From Cystobasidiomycetes sp. EMM_F5 (Eukaryota): DNA of 64,000 nucleotides. The position numbers and the translations under genes were made by a program. Location: the NCBI GenBank assembly GCA_051047955.1, contig JBPGPT010000017.1, positions 248,001 through 312,000 of the forward strand, in the 5' to 3' direction. The notes under the pieces were generated by a model. That model did no database searches. It saw nothing but the letters and a program-made list of their open reading frames with translations, and was not told the DNA's origin. This document shows, in pieces, positions 1 to 12,407 of this stretch. Position 1 is the first letter of the stretch; every line of letters starts with the position of its first letter.

Positions 1-1
1 G

Positions 2-1147
2 CCCCGCTACGTTCCACTGTTCCAGACGCATGTCGAAGATCTCTATCTCCGAGCAGAGAACATTCTCGCCATAGACTCGTCAAACATTTCGCCTGGAGAG
101 CATATTCTCTGGCTTAACGAGCTACCGAATGACTTGACTGAACTGTCTAGGCGTAGCGCCAAGTATGCGCTAGTCGACCACAATCGCCTCATCAGCAAAT
201 TTGCTGGTGCCGATGACAGTGTTATTGCTGTTATGGATCACCATACCGATGAAGGCTATCACAAGTCTGCTGAGCCCCGTAGGATCCAGGTTCCGACCGG
301 ATCTACCTCTTCTCTGGTAACTGAACATTTCTTCTCGAAACGAGGTGTGACATCCGTCCCGACAGATCTCGCAGACCTGCTGCTGGGTGCGTTACTCATT
401 GATACAAAGAACATCACACCAGCTCCGAAAGGTAAAGCTGTTGACACGGATCTAGCATCTGCGTCCTTTTTGTTTCCGTACACAACGCTCGGTGCCAAAG
501 CTCTCCATGGACCGGACGCTGCATCCTTTTCGACGAGCAGTATTAACGGCAAACCGGCCGAGCCGCTGGCCAAAGTGGATAACGCAGCCGTTCGAGCAGT
601 ATTCCAACACACCTTCGATGCTATAGCAGACAAGAAGTTTGACCTTACAGCCCTCAACTCTCGCGATCTGCTTCGTCGAGATTACAAAGAATACGAATCG
701 AACAATCAGCATATTCGTTACGGTATCTCATCAGTTCCCATGCCCATCACGGACTGGGTGGAACGGCAAGAGATAGGGAACGACTACAAAACACTAGCGC
801 AGAAACTTGACGATTGGGGCGCTGAACGTGATTTGCGCATTGTCTGTGCACTCACGAATTATAATGTGCCTGGCAAGGAGAAGCGAGGTAAAGCACAAGT
901 CTATCTGCTACGAACGAAAGATCCGAAACAAATAATTGCGTTGCGGAGGATGTTGGTGTTCATGGTGCAGGATTCGAAAGACATCTTAAATCTGAAGGAG
1001 CTGGATCTGCCGGAGACGGACATTACAGGTTCAGCTTGGGAAGGACATGTATTTGTTTATCGGCAGAAGGAGACAGATCCCACACGCAAACAGGTCGCAC
1101 CTGCCTTGGAAAAGGCAGTATCGTACCTCGAGCAAGGCAAATTTTGA
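2..1147 (+). CDS. PPX1: Exopolyphosphatase (DHH/DHHA2 family, prune-like), 5'-truncated by the window edge
   Basis: Frame open from base 2 (PRYVPLFQTHVEDLYLRAEN...). Motifs LVDHN, MDHH (DHH), GSTSSLV, LIDT, LLRRDYK and C-terminal TRKQVAP. Confidence 0.88.
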   Translation, partial: PRYVPLFQTHVEDLYLRAENILAIDSSNISPGEHILWLNELPNDLTELSRRSAKYALVDHNRLISKFAGADDSVIAVMDHHTDEGYHKSAEPRRIQVPTGSTSSLVTEHFFSKRGVTSVPTDLADLLLGALLIDTKNITPAPKGKAVDTDLASASFLFPYTTLGAKALHGPDAASFSTSSINGKPAEPLAKVDNAAVRAVFQHTFDAIADKKFDLTALNSRDLLRRDYKEYESNNQHIRYGISSVPMPITDWVERQEIGNDYKTLAQKLDDWGAERDLRIVCALTNYNVPGKEKRGKAQVYLLRTKDPKQIIALRRMLVFMVQDSKDILNLKELDLPETDITGSAWEGHVFVYRQKETDPTRKQVAPALEKAVSYLEQGKF

Positions 1148-1309
1148 GATTGAGTAGTGCCGCATGGGCAAGCGCGGTCAGGCATCGAGGCGTGATTTGC
1201 GCATGATCAAGTCACTCAGTAATAGCACAGTGGTATCCGAAAAGATTTGGGTACAACAGCAGACTTGCCGCGTGTCAAGATAATAGTATAATATGTCAAC
1301 GCCAAGCCT

Positions 1310-3834
1310 CTAAAGCGCAACAGCGGCGGCAGTGCGTAACGCTTTGATGTGCTTGACATAGTACGGATCTGGCGATTTGGCGACCCAATTCGCACCTCGA
1401 TACAGTCGAGCATACTCTAAACACATCCTGCAGAGTCTGTCAGCTCGTGACCCCTGTAGTCAGACGATTGAGAGCCACGCACCTATACACATACATATCG
1501 ATGTCTTCACGTCGAAACACATTCCGTTTCCACTCGGCTGCCTCCGTGCCAATCGTAGCCAGCTGCTCCTGGCGTTTGATTGCCGCAACCGATTTTTTCT
1601 CGTTAGGCTTCAAGCCAATAAAGTACGCAAAGATATCGTAGACTTCATCAAAAGTCATGGAAACGGGGATGAAGTGCATCCAGGGCTGTATCCAGTCGGA
1701 GTAGAACTCATCGTAGATTGTGGCCTTGAGTACAACGCCTGCGCTGGCCAAAAGCGCTTGGAATCGTGCAGAATAGGATAAACCGTCGAGATCCAGCAAG
1801 AACTTGTAGTCGTTGATCGAATCCAGCTTGAAGCGGCCGTCAAGGCGGCTGTAAATCCCAGAATGATAGAAAGTATCGCAAGCCATCGAACCTGCTGGTC
1901 CACATTGCTCGACCTGCAAAGTCGAAAATGCAACGTCCATGATTTGCGAATTGATTGCAGTGCTGTTAAGGTTTTCGATGTGCATGACGTGTTCCTGTTG
2001 GTGCGGAGTAGCTTCAGAACAGCCGTACATGACATGGGTGCGAGCGTACGTACCTCAGTCGCTGGATGAGCGACGAGCAAAGATCTCGACGCGTTGGGCG
2101 ATGTCGATGACATTTCCAAGAAACGTCTTCGCGGGAAGTCTGCCTGGCGATTAGGTGGACGGTCATAGCCTGTACAGAAGCGGGTCAAGACCGAAGTGGA
2201 CGGAAAACAAGCGCAACTTACCTGGATTTACTGTTCCGCGCCAGTAGATTTGCGACTTCTTCTCCTGGAATGGTTTCGGAGTGTCACTGAATTTGTACCT
2301 ATCCGACAACCAATCAAGGTAATAACGACTAGGAAAGGGAATGTCTGTTTATAAAGCTGGCCATCAGCATTGATCATTATTGAGGCACAACTCTTGCTGA
2401 CCCGCTGCGCTCTCCATTGTTGCACTGCCGAACACAGGATACAAACTAGATACCGCTCTTGCGTCTTGGTAGAACTGCGAATGAAGTTCATGCAAAGAAG
2501 GATCTGAGCAGAAATCCTCTGCAGTAGTGCTGACTAGCTTGCTCTTGAAAGACGTATAATGACTGCGCCACCAAGCCAAAGTCGAAAGAATGCTGTTGTC
2601 GGGTGCAGGGTGGGGTAGCCAAGGGTCCCTTTGATCAAGCCGAGCAGCAGATCGCGGTGGACAGGTCAGCCGATACGTGTCCCAGAAAGTTTCCGTCCCG
2701 TGCAAGCGAGATGATGGATAAATATCGGCTATGACAACAGAATGGTCAGTAGCGCTTTATACAGAATTGCTTCCGCAGACGTACTGATATTACTCGTCAT
2801 GGCGGACGTTCCATGAACCTCTTCCCAGCTTGGAAACACGCGTGGGTCTGGTAATTCGCTGACTGCGACTGTAGATTGGGTGTGCAATGAACTGTTCAGC
2901 CCAGCGCGCGACAAGGAAGTCGACGCTACCAACAGGTCATGTCTGGCAGTAAACTGGCCACACTCTCCAGAAGCATGCGTAGGCCATCCGATCGGAACGT
3001 AGCTCTATTCTTTGGCTTCGGTAAACATCAAAATGTCAGTATATTCTCTTCTTTTGCACAATATGGCAACATCGTAAATCTCACGTACAATTTCCGCATC
3101 CAATGTAGCGCATGTCACGCTAACTTTTCCGCCTTCGATGTGTACCAGAGCAAATGTAGGCTGAGAGCCAATTGCCCAAGTGCGTTCTTGAATCTGCTCC
3201 GGAGAAAAGCGGGACATTAGGTTGATGCGCCGCATAAGCTGATCATATTCGTCAATCATGATGTGTTGAGCAGCTGCAGAGCGGATCAGCGAGACATCGC
3301 GTATTCCATAGCAACGCGGCACCCACAAACCGCTGCCTTGTGCCAATCGTTGAAACCATGCGGCGGTTCCTGCTCATAACGCTCGACGTAATTGATGCGG
3401 GCTTCAGATAGGGTCTGAGACTGTCGTATTAGCTTATTGCGCCAATCAAGTCTGGCTTTCGCGAGGAGAGACGGTATCGGATGACGGTCCAGGTCAAGGC
3501 CATTCATACTCTGCGGCCAATTTGTGGAGGGGAGATATGTCGAAAGCATCAATTTCGGCTTGATGATCGCCTTTGCCCGGGTGTAAGACCCAGTCAGCGG
3601 TAACGGGATTGCGACCCTGGGCGTAGTCCATCCTGGATCCAGAGGGTCGTTCCATCGAAACAGAGCGTTGAGGCAGTACAAGCCAGCGAGACCAGCGACA
3701 AAGTAGAGAAAGCGCTTACGAGACCTTCGTGCGGGAACGGCCGAGAAGAGGAGTTGCGATGGTGAACTGAAACTTTGAGATGGGTCAGGAATTGTGACCC
3801 TCATTTGCGGCCAGCGCGACTTTTCGGTACTCAT
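1310..3834 (-). CDS. Glycosyltransferase family 90 (CAP10/Cxt1-like, putative xylosyltransferase), type II membrane protein, multi-exon
   Basis: N-terminal TM segment (RFLYFVAGLAGLYCLNALF), HPI..L..A...W...L.RQS.TL..A...Y..RY...PP.GF..W block, and the CAP10 C-terminus KFLLDLDGLSYSARF...KATIYDEFYSDWIQPWMHFIPV...FRREDIDMYVYR/MCLEYARL. Stop deduced after a final intron. Confidence 0.88.
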
Positions 3835-4470
3835 TGTCGCAGCAGTCAGCTCGTCAGCCTCAGCTCGTTCTGGACGGGCGGTCGGCAACATCGAGACCAC
3901 TTCCGCTCAGGTCAGCGTTGCCATGCGCCTGCATTACAGTGCTGCTGTTTCAAAATTTCGTGAGCCGTAGCGTCACGCTTTGCCGAACTGACCGTTGAGC
4001 GATTTGGTTGCAGCCGACTTGGAAGACGTGAGCATTCGGGATCCGGACAGCAACGAGAGCACCGTCATTTTGATAAAATCAGCATACACGTCTGCTTTGC
4101 AAATCAGCCTTTCATTAGTCTCAGCTTCGTTCCAGGTCTCGACTTTCGGCATACTATGCATCAGCGTGTCCACAACGGCAGGCGAGGGCCGTGCACCCTC
4201 TTAGTATATCAAATGTCGTGCGTTCGCAAAGCTCAGTGTAGTTTCAGCAAAGTGAGCATTTTCCGATGGGTCGTCATTAGTGAGACGAAAGCCTCTATTC
4301 AGAAAACCATCGCTTTCAAATACGGGCTTCCCCGCTCCTAAAGCAAACGGAGTATCTTCGACAGACTAATAACGCGGCTTATATGATTGCAGTGTATATG
4401 CATCTAGGTCCCGGTTCTCTACAAAACAATGTGATGTACCCTGGTTGTAACTCTCCTTGAGCCTTACTGT

Positions 4471-6042
4471 TCACCGCCCAACCAGGGCTTTCGCACGCGC
4501 TAGATACTCGTCCATCGTCTCCTTCTTCGTCTTGAATGCGACAAGGCCAAGTAATGCAACGCCATAGCCGATTATCTGGGGTCCGGTAACGATGGAGCCC
4601 ATAAACACGACCGACGCCGTAACGAGCAGAATATCCTTGAGTACTCCCGACAACGTCAGGACTAGTGATGAGGCGCATCCGATGAGGAAAACGACGGCCA
4701 CATTCAGGCAAAATGCACAGGCTGCATTCGTGATGAGGATTATCGGTCCCAGCTGAGACCAGGACGAGTATACCGGTCCGAGACCCTCGTATGTTAAGAG
4801 GAGGACAAAGTTCAGAGCAGCACACACCTGTTGAATGATTGACCTAGCTCGTCAGCCGCGGTATGAGTATCGACCTGAAAAGGACCGTGACTGACCGGAG
4901 CGAAGTAGTAAAGGGATACTAGCGGGTCCATTTTTAAGCCATGGAGCAGCTTTTGGATGGCTACCAGACGGGCCGCTTCAAAGATGATTCCTAGAGCTTG
5001 GCAGATGAATCCCGATAGCGCAAAGTCAATCTCGCCGTATGATGCCAGCGCGACACCACTACTGATGCAGAGGACTATGACCAGTGTCCTCTTTGTGGGT
5101 ACTTCCAGACCCATCAGAACAGACATCCCAAGGACCGCAACCGACACAAAGGCTTTAAGCCTGTTTTGATATGATACTTCAGTCGGCTGTGCCAGTACTC
5201 AATTCTCACAGGCGAATGTGGCTCACATTTGAATAAAGCTGACGCTCAGAGTCAGGTATGCCATATTTGAGAAGATCAGTGAAGCAGAGAAGAGCGCGCC
5301 TATGGGTACAATGTTCTTCAACCACCTGTCCCAGGATAGTTGGACATCGTTGACGCCCTTAAGAAGATTTGTCGTCTTGCTCAGAATACGCGTGCCAACC
5401 GTTGCAAACACCAAATGCCATGTTGTCAAGAAGACGGGACTGGAAGGTGAGGAGGATCCATCAGTTGATGTGACACCTGGTAGCTCTCTCCATAAGTTGT
5501 CGGTGAAAACGCCTTACTACGGGAACTTGAGGTCGGACTGATATTGTTGAGGGCATCAGCAAGCTGAGAGAAACTCTATGGTGACCAAGAGCCTACGAGT
5601 ATATATTTATTGTATAGGATCTGTATTAAGCTTCAATTTAGGCTGGTCACGGACAAAGGATCTGCTATGTGGCCTACCACACTGGAAGAGAGAGCGATCC
5701 ATATGCAGATGACGATTGCCGGGTTAAACTTCTTCGCTTCTTCCTGTTGGCATTGCAGATCATCGTGGGTTGTCGAAAGGAGGCACCGCCTTGAGGTTCA
5801 GCTGCGTTCTCCGCCGGAAGTCTGCAGACTGACCGGTATCGCACCAGGAGTTGGCAGAATAGCAGCATCGTTGGCCTTTAAGAAGTCGTCCACTTCGTCG
5901 GCGTTGGTCTCGTCGGCTTCCTCAACCGGCGCGAGCTCGTCTGGACAGCGCGCCTCAGTTGCCTGTTGGCCCAGGACGCAGGCTGCGGGAAGAACCCACA
6001 TTTCTGTGCTTCTTGCACTGTTATCCTTGTGTCTGCAACCAT
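4471..6042 (-). CDS. Nucleotide-sugar/triose-phosphate transporter (TPT family, CAS4-like), multi-exon
   Basis: Spliced protein includes IWIALSSSV-ILYNKYIL-FPYPVFLTTWHL, LSVSFIQMLKAF, KMDPLVSLYYFAP and TLSGVLKDILL, typical of the fungal TPT/SLC35C-E family. Confidence 0.88.
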
Positions 6043-6177
6043 GTTGATAATTTTGTACGCATAGACACGCTGTGCCGACCGAAAAGAAAGCGCTATGTTT
6101 ACGCGCTTCAATTGATCGAAGGAGTTCAAGCTGAACTGCCATCTGAAGAAGCTGCGACAACAGCCAATATCTAACAT

Positions 6178-8012
6178 TTACAACTTGGCTTTAGCAGCCT
6201 TTTCGATAAACGTTGCAGCTACATTCTTTCGCGATATTTTGCCGGTCGCGCCTTTCGGTATTGTATCGACAATCCATACTCTGATTGGCACCTTATACTG
6301 CGGATCATATGACTGCATTAGATCATGCGAGTCCCCGTAAGTAGAGGGGAGAGAAGTAATACCTTTGTCAATTTTTTAGATACCGCCTTGATGACATCTT
6401 TTTCAGACAATTTCGACCCGGATTTGCAGACCACGCACGCCCATACTACCTCTCCATACATCTTATCGGGTACACCAAATGACACAGCCTCCCCAACACC
6501 ATCGATTGAAAGAAGGGCGGAATCAACTTCCAGTGGGGATATCTTCTCTCCACCTAGGTAAGGACATATCAGCTCCCGACCCAATTATGAAGACTCCGTT
6601 ATAGGCGCATACTCCTGTTGATCAGTTCCTTGAGACGGCCGGTGAGGATCAGATAGCCATCCTTGTCGAATTTTCCTTGATCACCGGTCCTAAAGAAACC
6701 GTCCTTCGTGAAAGACTCCTTGTTCGCCTTGGGCTGACGCGACGATTGAGCCCGCCATTTTTTACCAACTCCAGAACGTACTCACATTGTTGAGATATCC
6801 CTTTGTGACGTTAGCACCCTTGATTGCGACCTCGCCTTCGGCTGCATCGTTACCATCGGCATCGACTGTGCGAACTAGAACGCCCTGTGGGATGCCGACT
6901 GTACCCGGCTTGCGCTTCTGTGGAGGAAGCGGCGAGCTAGTCATTTGATGCGCAGCTTCTGTCATAGCGTACGCCTCTAGGACAGGCGCCTGAAGTGCCT
7001 TTTCAAGATCGTGAAATGTTGTAGGAGACAAAGAGGACGAACAGGATCGAATAAAGCGAAGCTTGGGAATGGGTGAAGGTAAAGGAGAAGATAGTAGGAT
7101 CTGGTGAATTGTCGGTACGGCCGTGTACCAGTTGGACTTGGTCGAGATCAATTCGTCCCAAAACGTTTTTGCGCTAAATTTAGGAGGAATGACTACACTG
7201 CCCTTCGCAAGAAGTGGAGCGAGAAGACCAGCTTGGAGGCCGTGTACGTGAAATCCTGGCATGACAAGGTATGAGCGATCCTCTGGTGATAACTTGTAAG
7301 TATTGATAATATTCCAATGAGTAGCTAGCAAATTGGCGTGAGAGAGCGGGACGGCCTTGGGCCTCCCAGTCGTTCCAGACGTGTGTAGTAGCAAGGCGAT
7401 GTCCTCCTCGTTCGGATTTCCGCTATCTTGAATATTTTTGCTATGACCCGTCTTTCCGCCCGAAGAAGCTTGTTCCAACGCAATGACAGCTCGCTGTCTT
7501 CGCTCGTCGTACCATACTTCCGCAATGGCGACTTTGTGTTTTCGGGCAGCCTGTACTGCAGGCGCGTCATCCTTGATTGCGCCCTTGTGGACGAGCAACA
7601 GCTTCGATTTCGCGTCATCGAGGTAAAAAGAGACTTCGGAAGCGTTGTATGCGGGATTCAGCGGAGCCGCAATGCATCTGAAGTCAGTCAATGGTCGTCC
7701 ATGTAACGGAAGATATCGAGAAGTCAATATGATATGTTGGTATAGCGTCGGATTACCCGAAGGCGCCCACCTGTGCATCCCGGCAGCGATGAAGGCCACA
7801 ACGAACTCTGCCGAGTTGATGAGCGACATACTAATGACATCTTGCTCTTGCAGCAATCCCAATCCTGCCAGCTGTTTCCGAAAATCTTCAGTCGCTCCGG
7901 TCAGTTTAGCATGACTTATTGTGTCTGTTCGGCCTGCGTGTCCAGTAGCAGACGGCGGCAGGAGCAAGGCTGGCGCATCGTGCGTATGTAAGAGTGCTGA
8001 TAGTGTTGGCAT
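6178..8012 (-). CDS. PCS60: Peroxisomal acyl-CoA synthetase (oxalate-CoA ligase, Pcs60-like)
   Basis: AMP-binding motif [54 protein letters not shown]-terminus ...AAKAKL-stop (PTS1). Confidence 0.88.
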
Positions 8013-8356
8013 AATCCGGCAAGTTGGGAGGTCGTTGACAGAGACAAAGCAGATGAGGTGGTCAAGGCCTTGCTGATGATGTATATCTCCGTCATTATCG
8101 CAAGTAGTCTCAATGCGGGAATTAGAATAATTGCAAGCAATACAGGCTAATCTACATTACATTGAGATACACAAGGCAAATCAAGGTAGAAAGAAGGTGT
8201 CCGTAACATGAGAAGTCGAAGACGAAGAGGCGCTGTGATGCATGGAGACATGCCGGATGTGAGGCACGCGTCGGAAGAGGCGGACATGCAGCAGCAGCAG
8301 CCGTGCTCACGGACGCACAGCAAACTCCAAAGCTTGGCTGAAGCGGTGTCACCATT

Positions 8357-9814
<1,458 letters not shown>

Positions 9815-10030
9815 GATGCAGACGCTGCCTGTGTTGACGAGCGCTCCCTATTGACACTTGATCCCGGCGCGTAGCCAATTCGAAATTGCCGGTCACAGGT
9901 TTCGGCGACGTGAGCTGAATGCTTGAACAGCGCTGCTGCGTAGCCTGTACTTGTCGGAATGCCAATTGAATGTCGCTGTGTTGATGCTCAGGATTGCCGG
10001 TCTGACTGAAGAAGTGTTGCAAATTCCAAA

Positions 10031-10051
10031 GTAAACACCCGCTCGACGCGT
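10031..10051. promoter_or_regulatory. Forkhead-like site (GTAAACA) and MCB-like element (ACGCGT) in the CDK1/ARP10 divergent promoter
   Basis: GTAAACA at 10031-10037 and ACGCGT at 10046-10051 within the ~320 bp between the divergent ATGs. Short motifs that can occur by chance. Confidence 0.35.
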
Positions 10052-10131
10052 TCCGTGATCACAGCGCGGACTCGTGGAAATGGCAGAGTCGAGTTGGGAG
10101 CAGTCATCCAGATTCACAACACGATGCTGCC

Positions 10132-12059
10132 ATGAGCTCGGATCAAGCAGCCCGGTCAAGTGCTGCAGCTGGCCAGTCTCTGCCGCATCGAGCAGGATCG
10201 TCAGCTTCAGTTTCGTCGGCCAGTCGCTCAGCCAGACTGACCAGCGCAAGCAATACCGCCGCGCCTTCATCGAGTGCACCTTCCTTTCCCAGGACAACTT
10301 CCACTTCCTCCTCTCTCAACGTAGCCGCCGCTTCCGCTGCCCGTTCGCGGCACTCGCTCTACGGTGCCGATGACCGAGTAGTGCTCGACTTGGGCAGCAG
10401 AGTCTGGAAGGTCGGATTCAGCGGAGAAGCTAGTCCTAGAGCAGTCTTTGATGTGACAAACGACCAAGATGAGCAACGGAGTAATGAAGCGCGGGGGCTC
10501 TGGAGCCCAGATTGCTGCAAGCAGAACAACGCCAGCTTGGAGAGGAAAATCAAGAAATGGCTAAGGAGGGCATACTACGAGTAGGTTGGCTATACTACGA
10601 GTCGTCTGTGAATCGCCGGACGGAATCTGACACGCCCTGACATGTCTAGCGAACTCATGGCAGAACCGAGGACGCGTAAAGTGATTATTCTGGAAAGCCC
10701 GCTACTTCCCTTGCGGATCAAGGACATTGTAGCAAAAATACTCTTCCAGCATTTGGGCGTTCCCAGCGTCACCTTTACGCTGTCTCCGTTGTGTGCCCTG
10801 CTATCGCTTGGGCGGATCACCGGACTAGTCGTCGACGTCGGATTTATCGAATCCATTGCTCTTCCGGTAGGTCTGACATCGAGTCACGCGTGCTTGATGA
10901 ATCTAATACTTCTCTCCGCTAGATTTACGCTTCAAGGCCCCTGTTCTCCCATTTACGCGCCACCCCACTCGCTTCGCAGTACCTGTCAGATCACCTGCGC
11001 GGGCTGCTCCATCGTTTCGCTTTGTACATACCCCATCAGCGTCCATCACAATCCCGGACTTCAACAACCTCGACTGAACCTGCCTCACGTTCTCGTATGA
11101 AACGTATAGAGACTGTGAATCCAGTCCCGTATGAGCTGCTCACGGCGTCTTTGGTAGAGGAGATCAAGACTAGAGTATGTTATGTCGAACCCGAATTGCG
11201 AGTCGCACATACTGTATCGCCAAGCGCGACACGACTCCGTTTGAATTCGGATGCTTATGATGGACTGTTGCCCCAGGAACAGCAAGCATCGAATGTCATA
11301 ACCTCCAGCACATCTACCTCTACTGATCCCAGCCTTGCGCACCTGGAAGCTGTACATACACAATATCTGCAAGATCGCCTGTACGAAAAGTACCATCCGG
11401 CAGTCCAGGGCTCCTCGTCAAACGAAACAGCTCCATCTTCCGCGTCTCCCTCGATTCGATCGCGCAAGTCTATATCGCAAGCTACAGATCTTACGTTCAG
11501 GATCGATTCAGGAACCATCACCGTGCCCGGATGGGTACGACATGCCTGCACCGACATATTCTTTGACCCTCCACACCTATCGCATACAGCAAACTATTCC
11601 TCCCACACGTCACCAGATCCTGATTTGCCCACCCTGCCGGAGGTGATACTGGACACGATTTTGAAATTGCCGGTTGATCTTCGCCGGGTCATGATTTCGG
11701 AAATTCTCGTTACGGGAGGGGGAAGTATGCTTCCTGGTTTCCCAATACGTCTCGTGAATGCGATACATGTGCTTCTGCACTCGGACAAGCGTTATACGCC
11801 ACTGAAAGGTCTGAGCGGGAGTCTACGGGTCCTGAATGGTGGAGGGCGCGCAAGTGTTCAAGATGACACCCGAAATAACGAAGATGAGGCACAGGATGGA
11901 TCTCTGGATTTTGTATGGGAACGCTCCTTACTGCCCTGGGTTGGAGCATCACTCATCGGAGCTCTGAAAGTGGGAGGGAAAGACGAGTGGACAAAGGAGT
12001 CGTACGGCGGATCTGATGGTCTTGTTAGCAGTGGAGACTGGAGCAGGAATCAGTGCTAG
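10132..12059 (+). CDS. ARP10: Actin-related protein, ARP10/ARP11 (dynactin pointed-end)-like
   Basis: VVLDLGSRVWKVGFSGEASPRAVF, RKVIILESPLLPLRIK, GLVVDVG, LKLPVDLRR...ILVTGGGSMLPGF, WVGASLIG. Confidence 0.78.
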
Positions 12060-12407
12060 TAAACTGACCGGAAAATGTGCTGAAATGTCCCGAAGTACTC
12101 AGTAAGTGCTGTCGTCGTGAAATTAGTGCTGACATAGCAGTGAAGTTGAGGGAGCGCAGACCGTGACATTAATTACTATAGAATTTTGCGCTGCTGAACA
12201 TTAGAACTCTGCTCTCTTCCTAGACACGATTGGCCTGCTAATGTGTGCAACGGTTCAGGAGGGCCGTGCGCGAGACACCCACTTCCAAATCTCGGCCAGG
12301 CAGGGCGAGGTGTCCTTCTCCTATCTGGCCAACACTGACCTCCAATTCCAGCCACTGACTTGAAATGCCGTTGCTCTGACACTCACTCTTTCACACTGAC
12401 AGCCCCG

